From positions 44,482 to 64,481 of the forward strand of contig JAKLKB010000020.1 in assembly GCA_023150835.1 (NCBI GenBank): 20,000 bases of DNA, read 5' to 3'. The DNA is from Myxococcota bacterium. GTDB lineage: Bacteria > Myxococcota_C > UBA6777. Positions 6,961 through 17,000 of the stretch are shown here, one piece after another; positions within the stretch are counted from its first letter, which is position 1, and the number at the start of each line of letters is the position of its first letter. The notes beneath the pieces were generated by a model. The model worked only from the letters and a program-made list of their open reading frames with translations. It searched no databases and had not been told where the DNA came from. Both the position numbers and the translations under genes were made by a program.

Positions 6961-7746
6961 ATGCTTTGGACAGATCGTATCCGTTGTTGGCTTCCTTTCT
7001 TTGGCGTGTGGATGCTCAGCGTTGCCCTCCTTCAAGGCTGCCCCAACGCCAAGATCCACGAACGTGCCAAGTTTCTACATGACCGAGGACTTCTACTGCT
7101 TCAACAAGACAAATTGGAACTTGCAGAAGAAAGCTTCAAAGCAGCCCTTGAGTACGACGCCCGCTTTAAACAGGCCCTCAATAGCCTCGGTCTGCTCGCC
7201 GTCCGTAAAGGCAAACTCAAAAAAGCCGAAACCCTCTTCAAACAAGCCCTTGCGATCGACTCCAATTTCGCCAACGCACGCGGTAACCTTGGGTATGTGT
7301 ACTTCCAATACAAAGACTACCCCAAATCCATCCAGCTCAATCTCTCGGCTTTACAGATCGAACCCGCCCTTCACGACGCACGCTACAACCTCTCGCTTGC
7401 TTATTTTTATACCCGCGACTTCAAAAACGCACGCAAACACCTCGTCCGATTGTTGCTCTACGATCCGAACCACGTCAACGCACACTTTGTCCTGAGTTCC
7501 ATCGAGTTCGAGCGGAAAAACTACAAGCAAGCCGCTCAACACGCCATCCGCGCCGCTCAGATCGATCGCAACCACAAACGCGCTTACGAAGTCCTTTGCA
7601 AATCCTTCTATCACCTCGGTCAATACAAGATCTCCTGCCAACAGTGCAAGCAGATCGTTCGCATCGATCCCGAAGACCCCATCGGCAAAACACTCGTCGA
7701 TGTCGTCCACAAAAAGCTCCAAGAAACTGGGGAATCTTGCCAATAA
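6961..7746 (+). CDS. TPR-repeat lipoprotein (Tgl/PilF-like architecture, orthology not established)
   Basis: Lipobox LLQG|C, then about six canonical 34-aa TPRs (ALNSLGLL..., ARGNLGYVY..., ARYNLSLAY..., AHFVLSSI...). 261 aa with a good SD. Confidence 0.88.
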   Translation: MLWTDRIRCWLPFFGVWMLSVALLQGCPNAKIHERAKFLHDRGLLLLQQDKLELAEESFKAALEYDARFKQALNSLGLLAVRKGKLKKAETLFKQALAIDSNFANARGNLGYVYFQYKDYPKSIQLNLSALQIEPALHDARYNLSLAYFYTRDFKNARKHLVRLLLYDPNHVNAHFVLSSIEFERKNYKQAAQHAIRAAQIDRNHKRAYEVLCKSFYHLGQYKISCQQCKQIVRIDPEDPIGKTLVDVVHKKLQETGESCQ

Positions 7747-8037
7747 ACCTTTGTTATCCGCTGATTTCCTTTGGTATGTATGTCGTTGTTGTGTCTCTCT
7801 CTCTCGAAAACGTGGTTGCCTTTCCTCGAAGGCCTGTGCTAATAGAAAGGCCCAACATTTTCGTCTGTGCGGACTTCTCATACAAAGCGCGAACGTCTCT
7901 GTGAGGAAATCAAACTACACCCAAAGCCTTCTTCATCAAAGACCTCACGCAACGCATGGTAGCATTCGTTTTTTTTGTGGTTGGATACTGAAACGCGAGT
8001 GAGCATTGAAACTTCAGCACGCAGGAGCGGTGAGTCT

Positions 8038-11000
8038 ATGTCGGTAGAAGAAATTCAGAATTATTTGCGGATCCTAGAGGCCGTTCCAACGAACGTGCCT
8101 GCTTTCGAAGCCCTCAAGCAGATCTACACAGAACACCAACGTTGGGAAGAACTGGCCCAACTCGTAGAAGACCGTGCGGAACGCTTGCCTGATCGCAGTC
8201 AAGCCCCTGCGCTTTATCTACAAGCGGCCAACACTTGGTTCCACAAGGAGCAAAACACCGAACGCGCCAAAAAGACCATCACCAAAGTGTTGGAGTTGAT
8301 CCCCAACGAACGCAACGCCCTCGCTCTCTGGCGCGAACTCGCCACTTTTGAAGGGGACTTTGCAACCGCGATCAAGATCTTGCGCCAAGAGATCCAGATC
8401 ACCGAAGACGCCCGCGAAAAAAGCAAGCGTTTTGTGGATATCGCCAAGATCTTCGAAGAACACATGGACAACCAAGAACACGCTGCGATGGCCTACCATC
8501 AAGCCTTCTTGCAAGACCCCGAGAATTTGGGGCCGATGGAGCAAGCGCTTCGACTCTACCGCAGCCGAGGCGATTGGCAACGTGTGATCGCAGTCCTGCG
8601 AGCGCGGCTCGAAAAAGTCTCCGAAGCCTCGAACAAAGCGCGCCTGATGTTCCAAATCGGCCAAATCTTTATCCAACATCTTGATGAAGGCAAAACTCCC
8701 GAAGGACTCGCCAAAGCCGCTCAACTTTTCCGCGAAGCCCTTAACCTTGATCCCGATCTCGATGACTTTGACAACGCACTCGAACTCTACAAAGACAACA
8801 AAGAGTGGTCTCAAGTCACCGCACTCTTGCGCGCAAAACTCGAGGTTGTCACCGAAAACACCAAAAAAGCGCGGCTGCTGCTTGAGCTTGGAAACGTCAT
8901 TCTTCAACACCTCGAAGAAGGACAAACCCCCGAAGGTCAACAAAAAGCCTCGCAATTCTTTCAAAAAGCCCTTGAGTTCGACCCCAGCCTCAACGAAGCC
9001 AAAGAAGCCATCGAAGAACTTTCCTACGCAACGGAAGATTGGTCTTCTCTGCTCAAGCGTTTGAAGAAAGACATCCGTGACGCGGGCAAAGACGAAGATC
9101 GCGCCGCCTTCTTGAACTACAAGATCGCAGAAGGCTATCTCCTCCGAGAAGACAAACCTGCTTACGCTGTCCGTTATTGCAAACAAGCCCTCGAACTCCA
9201 ACCCAACCACACCAAGTCTCAAGACCTGTTGCAGCGCTTGTACGCGGATTTGGAACGATGGGAAGCCTTGGCGGACTTCTTTAACGATTGCACCAAAACG
9301 GCCCTTGATGCCCCGGCAAAAGTCAAGTGGCTCAAAAAACTCGCTCGCCTTTACCGCGAACAAACCAAAGAACGCGAACGCGAGATCGAAACCCTTGAAC
9401 GCATCCTTGATATCCTTCCCACCGAGCGCGAAACCCTCCAACACCTCGAGAACATCTACCGCGACAACGGCCAATACAGCCGCGCACTCGAAGTGATGGA
9501 CAAGCGTCTCAAAACCTTTGAAGAATCCGCAGCGAAAAAAACCCTGCTCTACGAGATGGCCACCCTCGCCAACAAGGAACTCCAAGACTCAACGCGAGCC
9601 GCCGGATACTACGAGCGGATCTTGTCTCTTGATCCCGACGAGATGGACGCGATCGATGCGTTGCTGCCGCTATATGAAGCCGAAGCCCGTTGGGAAAACC
9701 TGATCCAAGGACTCAAGCGAAAGCTCGAACGCACCGAAGATCGGCACGCTCGCGCAACCATGCTGACACGTGTCGGCGACATCTACGCGCAACGCCTTGC
9801 TCTCTCCAAAGAAGCCTTCGATGCCTACACACAAGCCCTTCGTGAAAACCCCCAAGACAGCGATCTGACCCAAAAACTCGAAGCCCTCGCACGTCAGATC
9901 GGTAACTGGGAAGAGATGGTCGCGCTCTACCGCAACACCTTGGAAAGCGCAAACGATCCTGCCGATCAAGCCGCCCTCTACTTCCGCATCGGCGACATCT
10001 ACGAACGCGAACTCCAAGATGTCGAGCAAGCCAAAGCATCCTACGAAGAGGCTCTCGAACGCGCCCCACAACTCGGCGCAATGAACGCCCTTCAACGCCT
10101 CTATCGCCAAAGCGAAGACTGGACCTCCTTGGCAGAGCTTCTCCAAGAAAAGTCCAAAAACGACAACCTCGATGAAGACCAACGCATCGAAGTCTTCGAA
10201 GAACTCGCTCGCATTCAACTCAACTACATCGACGATGCCGACGGTGCAGCCGAGACTTACGAAAAGCTGCTCGACGCAAGCCCTTCGTATGGCCCAGCCC
10301 TCGAAGCCTTGGAGCGTGTCTACAAACAAAACGAAAATTGGGCCAAACTGCGTGGTGTCTACCAGCGCCGCGTGGACAACCCCAACAGCGAGTCCGAACT
10401 CAAATCGACGCTACATATCCTCGGTAGCCTTTTGATCGAACAGCTCGATGCTTTCGAAGATGCCGTCCAAGTCTACCAACAATTGCGCGTCCTTGATCCC
10501 AACGACTTGAGCATCTTGACCCGACTCGAAGGTCTCTATCGCGACTTGGGCCAATGGGAACAATGGGTGGACACTGCGCGCCAACGCGCTGAAAGTATCC
10601 GTCGCCCCGAGCAAAAGAAAGAAGTCTTGCTGGAGATCGCCAAGATCCAAGAAGAAGAACTCGATGATTCTGTCGGAGCGATCGCTGTTTTGCGCGAACT
10701 TCACGAGATCGACAGCCAAGATATCAAGATCCTCGATGAACTTGAGCGACTTCTCGAAGTCGAAGACGATAAAGCCGGTCAGTTGGAGATCCTTCGCAAA
10801 AAGGTGAACCTCCAACAAAATGCCAACGAGAAAAAAGTCCTGCTCTTCCGCGTCGCAGACCTCCACCGTGCGCTTGATAACGAAAGCGATATGGCCGAAG
10901 CCTACCGCGAGATCTTGGATATCGATCCCCGCGACCTTCGATCCTTGCGCTCCCTCCAAGCCTACAACCAACTCCAAGGCGATCACGAAGGCGTCCTCGA

Positions 11001-14000
11001 TCTCTTGCTGCGCGAACGCGATATCGTCACCGAAGACGCCGATCGCAGCCGCCTCACTCAACGCATTGCTCAACTTCAAGCAAACTTGGGCCGTTACGAA
11101 GACGCGATCATCGAATATCGCCAGATCCTCGCCCAAAACAACAACGACAACCAAGCCCGCACGGCGCTGGAAGAGATCGCAACCAAACACGCTGGCTGGC
11201 GCGTTGAAGCCCTCCAAGTCCTCGAACCGATCTACCGCGCAGCCCAAGACTGGGAAGCCTTGGTCAAGGCACTCGAAGCTCGCTTCCAAGTGGTGCATGA
11301 CAAAGCACAACGCCTCGATATGGCCCGTGAACTCGAAGAGATCTATCGCCGCCTGAGTGACGATGAAAAAGCTTTCTATTGGAGTTGCCAACTCCTACGC
11401 GAAGACTTCGCGGATACCGAGATGCGCGAACGTGTCGAGATGATGGCCGATGAGATGGAGCGTTGGGACGAATTGCTCGTAGTCTACGAAGATATCGTTC
11501 GCAGCTTTGTTGATCGCCAACAGATCGTCGAAACCTACCTGTTTATCGCACGCAATTATCAAGATCGCCTCAGCCAACCCGAAAATGCCCTGCGTAACTA
11601 TCGCCGCGTGTTGGACTACGATTCCAATAACCCCGAAGCCATCGACGCGCTCGAAGAACTGTATCGTGCGCTCGGACAATGGCGCGATCTGATCGATATC
11701 TTGCGTATGCGCGTCGAGATGACCGCCGCCGTCGACGAAAAGAAAGAACTCCTGTTTGAAGTCGCCGATCTATGGGAAGACAAACTCCAAGATCCCCCCG
11801 AAGCCATCCAAGTCTTCAACGATATCTTGGAACTTCAAAACAACAACCTGACCGCGATCCGTCGTCTTGCTGCGTTGTATGAGCGAGAGTCCCGATACAC
11901 CGACCTCGCAGAAACATGGGAAAAAGAACTCTCCCTACTCGACAACGAAGAAGAACTTCTTTCCTTGCGCTTCAACCTTGGGCAACTGTATGCGGATCAT
12001 CTCAACCGCATCGAAGACTCCCTCAAGATGATGCAGCAAGTCCTCGAAGTGGATCCCGAGCACCAAGAAGCCATCCAGCGCGTCCATGCTCTTCGCGAAG
12101 AAGACGCTTACCGCTTGATCTGCGCCCGCATCTTGGAGCCGATCTATCTCCACCAAGAAAACTATCCCGAACTCAAAGCCATCTACAAGATCCAACTCGA
12201 AGACGCTTCACAAAACGCAAACGACCGTCGCAAGGCCCTGATGCGCCTTGGCCAGTTGCACGAAGAAAAGCTCGGCGAATTCCGCGAGGCTTTTGACCGC
12301 TACCTCCAAGTGTTCAAAGAAACCCCCGGCCAACACGGTACCCGAAAAGCCCTGTTGCGTATGAGCGAAAAGCTCGATGCTTGGCGCGAATTGGCTCTGA
12401 ACTTTGAAAACGGTGTCGATGCTTGCGAAGACTCCGAAGAAAAGATCCAAATCCACCTCGATTTGGCGCGGATCTACCGCGAACGCCTCCACGATCCAGA
12501 TCGCGGAATGAATCACGACCGCCGTGTCGTGGACGATCTTGATTCCAAAAACCTCCAAGCCATCGAAGCCTTGGAAGACTTTTATCAAGAGCGCGAAAAC
12601 TGGCATTCGCTGATCGACATCCTCTTCCAAAAAGAACAAGCCCTCCACGATGAAGTCCTCAAAAAGGGCGTGTTCAATCAGATCGCCAATATCTATGAGA
12701 ACCAACTCTCCGACAAATACCAAGCGATCTTGATCTTGCGCCAATACCTCAGCCGACTTGAAACCCAAGATCCCGGCCCTGCCCCTGTTGAAATCGCCTT
12801 GCGCGAAGCAAAAGAGCGCGAAACCAAGCTCCAACAGGAAAACCAAGAACTGATCGATGCCGTCGAGATGGCTCGCGAACAGCTTTCCAGCCTCGAAAAC
12901 CAAGCCGAAGAGGCCGAAGCTTCGCTCAAAGAGTACCGTGACATCGTCGCAGAATCCATGCGCACCCCCGAAGAAGACGCCGAAGTCGAGCGCACTGAGG
13001 CCGCATGGAAACAAACGCAAGCCGCGCTTGCAAAAGCCGAAGAATCGGCGGCTGCACGCATCGCACATGCCAACGCGCTCGCTGCTGAACTTCAATCTCT
13101 CGAAGAAGCCGCTGAACCCGATGTAGACGCCATCGCAGTCAAAACAGGCGAAGTGGCCGATGCCACCGAAGCTGTGGAAGCTGCCGATCACCAGATCGAA
13201 GAAGCCCGATACATCGCCCAAGCCGCACGCACCGCCTACGAAGACGCTCAAACCGCAAAAGCCGCAGCATCCGCAGCCGGCCCCAGTTCGGATCAAGCGT
13301 CCGAACTCAAACGTCTTGAATCGATGCACCGAATGGTTCAGCAAGCCCAAGAAGCCAAAGCTGCCGAACTGCGCGAGATGCAAGAACAACTCGATCAAGC
13401 AGAAGTCAAAGAAGCCGAAGCTGCCGAAGCCGTCCGCACCGCCGAACAAGCCATGGAAGCAGCGGCGGAGCAGATCCAAACTATCCTTGAGCAACGCACC
13501 GCCTTCAAACTCGACACCATCCAAGAACTCGCTCGGCTCTTTGAAGAAGAAGAGCGTTGGGCTGATCTCGTCGAGATCTTGGAAAAAGAAGTCGAATTGC
13601 TCGCAGAACCCGAAGAAGCCCTGCGCCTGCGCTTCCGCATCGCTCAGCTCTGGCAGGATCAATTGCACGATGTCCCCCGTTCTATCCGCCTTTATCGTGA
13701 GATCCTCAACGACGATCCCGACTTTGAATCCGCCCTCCAAGTCATGGAAGAACTCAGCGAAAATGAAGATTACCAACTCATGGTCGCCGAATCGCTCGAA
13801 AGCTATTTCCGCGAAGGCCGCCAAGATTGGACTCGCTTGATCGAGATGGTCGAGATCCAACTCAACCACACCGCTGAAAGCGAAAAACGCTTGGCCTTCC
13901 TCAAAGAGATCGTGGCTCTCTACGAACTCGAACTCGACAACACCGATATGGCCTTCGTCTATCTGTGCCGTGCTTTCCGCGAAGCCCCCACCGATCGCGA

Positions 14001-17000
14001 TGTCATCTCCGAACTCGAACGCCTCGCCGAAGAAAACGATGCGTGGGAAGAACTCGTCGGTGTCTACGAAGACAAGGTCGAAGACATCGGCGATATCCAA
14101 CTCGCCCTGCGGATGTACCTCAAGATCGCCAACATCTACGACGAAGCGCTTCAAGATCCCGAAGAAGCCATCAAAAACTACTGCAACGCCCTGAAACTCG
14201 ACGAGCACAACAACGTCGCTCTCAACGCCTTGGATCGCCTCTATCGCCAAGAGCGCCAATGGGAACAACTCGTCGATATCCTTCAACGCAAGGTCTACAC
14301 CAGCGCAGACACCCGCGAACAAGTCACCTTGCTTTCTCGCGTCGCGCAGATCTGGGAACGTGAACTCGAAAACCCCAGCGAGGCCATCGGCGCATACCGC
14401 CGTATCCTCGAAGTCGACAGCCAAAACGCAAACGCCCTCTCCTCGCTCCAACGGCTCTACGAAGAAGACCAACAATGGGAAAACCTCTTCGAGATCTGCC
14501 AACGAAAAGTCGGCCTTGTCGACGCCGTCTCCGAACGCGCCAAGCTCACCAAACAAATGGCGCAGATCTGTGCCCTACATCTCGGTCGAACTGCCGAAGC
14601 CATCGAGCTTCACGAAAGTGTCCTAGCGACCTCCGAGCGCGACGAAGAGAGCTTGACAGCCCTCCACACCCTCTATGAACAAACCGAACGATGGGATGCG
14701 TTGGTCAACATCGTGCAGCGTCTTCTCAAAGTCGTGTCGGGTGTGGAAAAGAAAAAAGACTTTTACCGAACCCTCGGCCGTACCTACGGCGAACGCCTGT
14801 TTGAAGAAGAAAAAGCCATTGAAGGCTGGCAAAAAGTCCTTGAACTCGATCCCAAAGATCGAGATGCCCTCGAAGCCCTCCAACGTATCTACGCCAACCG
14901 CGAAGAGTGGCAAAACCTCGTGGGGATCTTGCGCCGCCTGATCCCGCTTCAAACCGAACCCGCCCAAACCTTGGAGATCTACCTGCGCCTTGCCTCGATC
15001 TACCAAGAAAAAATGAACCGCCTTGAAGACGCGATCGCCTCTTGGCGCCGCGTCTTGGAGATCGATCCAACCCACTGGCAAGCCCTTGATACGTTGGAAA
15101 ATCTGTTGATCGAGCGCAACGATTGGCGCGCAGTCCTCGGCATCTTGGAAAAGAAGGAAGCTGTGGTTCAAGACAACTTCTCCAAGATCGAACTCTTGAT
15201 GCGCGCCGCACAGATCTGCCAAGAGCGCCTGCGCGAGATCAACCGCTCCACACCTTACTACGAACGCATCCTCGAGTTCGATCCCACTTACCTCCGAGCC
15301 GTCGAAGCCTTGGGCTCGATCTACACGCGCAACCAAGATTGGAAAAAGCTGGTCAACATCTTCAACATCGAAGTCAACTTGTTTGAAGAGAAAAGCCAAA
15401 AGCTTGAAAAGCTGAAAGCCATCGCAGAGTTGTACGAAAATCGCCTCTTCAACAAGGCCGAATCGTTCAACACGCTGTTGCGCGCCTTCCAGATCGATCC
15501 TGAACAAGACGAGATCCGCACGCGCTTGGAACGTATCGCGGACGAAACCGACCGTTGGAACGACCTTGTTGGCGTCTTCGCCCAAGAGATCGATCGCATC
15601 GAATTCTTTGACACCAAGATCGCTCTCCTGATGCGCATCGGCCACATCTACCACGTCGAGCTTCGCGAAAGCGAACCCGCGATCGTGGCCTACCAAAAGA
15701 TCATGCTGATCGATGAAAACCATCGCCAAAGCATTGAGGCGCTCGAAGAACTCTACGACGAAACTGAGCGCTGGCCCGAACTGATCGCCATATACAACAA
15801 AAAGCTCCAGATCACGCACGAGATCGAAGAACAAAAAGATCTGCTCTTCCGCATCGCCGAGTTGCAAGAGTACCAACAAGGCGATCGCGTCGCAGCCATC
15901 GAGGCTTACCGTCAGATCCAAGCCCTCGATCCAAGCGATCGCGCTGCACTCGAAGCTCTCGAAAAACTCTACCGCGAAGAACAACGCTGGCCCGAACTGA
16001 TCGACGTGTTGAATCGACGCATCCAACAAAGCACCGATCAAAAACAGATCTTCCGTATGAAGTTCGAGGTCGGTTCGATCTACGCCAACAAGCTCGAAGA
16101 ACTCAATCTTGCGGTCGATGCTTATCGCGACGTTCTCAGCATGGACCCCAACAACCTCGACGCGATGCACGCGCTTGAGCGGCTGTACACCGATCTCGAA
16201 GACTGGAATTCGCTTCTTCAGATCCTCCATCGCGAGCTTGAGATCAGTACCCGCCCCGAAGAAAAAGTCCCGCTGTATGGCCGCATGGGATTGATTTGGG
16301 AAGAAGAACTCGGTCAGCCCGGTCGCGCCATCGAATGCTTGACCTACATCCTCGAAGTCGATCGCTGGAATATCGGTGCCATCAAAGATCTCGAACGGCT
16401 TTATCGCCAAGCCCAAGAATGGCAACGCTTGATCGAGATCTACGAACAACACATCCGCGCCATCAACGACCTCGAAGAGATGGCGATGCTCTACTACGAA
16501 GTGGGTTCGATCTACGAAACCTACATGGGCGATGTAGACAAAGCCACAACCTACTACCTCCGCGTTCTTGATGCGGATCCGTACTACCAACCCGCACTCT
16601 CCTCGCTTGGAAAGATCTACGAATCCGTCGGAAACTGGCCCAAATGCATCGAGATGAGAGAGCGCGAAGCCAAGGTCGCCAACGAACCCGAGCGCCTCGT
16701 CGAAGTGTACTTCAGCATCGGCAAGATCTACGAAGAGCGCCTCGTTCAAATCGACCGCGCCAAAGAAAGCTACCGCAAAGCACTCGAGATCCAACCCAAC
16801 TATCTCCCCGCTCTGCGCGCACTCAAGGTGATCCACTTCTTGCAACGCGACTGGGAAGGCGTGATCCGACTTGCCCACATGCAAGAGCAATTCACCGATG
16901 CACCCGAAGAAAAAGCGATCCTCTTCTGTGAAATCGGAAAGATCTCCCGAGAACGCCTCTCCAATATGCCCAACGCCATCCAAAGCTACGCCCAAGCCCT

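Noticed and set aside
6961-7746. Assigning gene symbol tgl or pilF (and agmK/gltI for the giant gene)
   Set aside because: The architectures fit, but TPR similarity is non-specific and orthology cannot be established without a search.
7747-8037. Promoter candidates (TTGCCT..TAATAG at 7816-7845; TGG-TAGCAT at 7957-7965) and small ORFs upstream of the giant gene
   Set aside because: Each promoter candidate lacks one convincing element and the ORFs have no coding signal; too weak to call.
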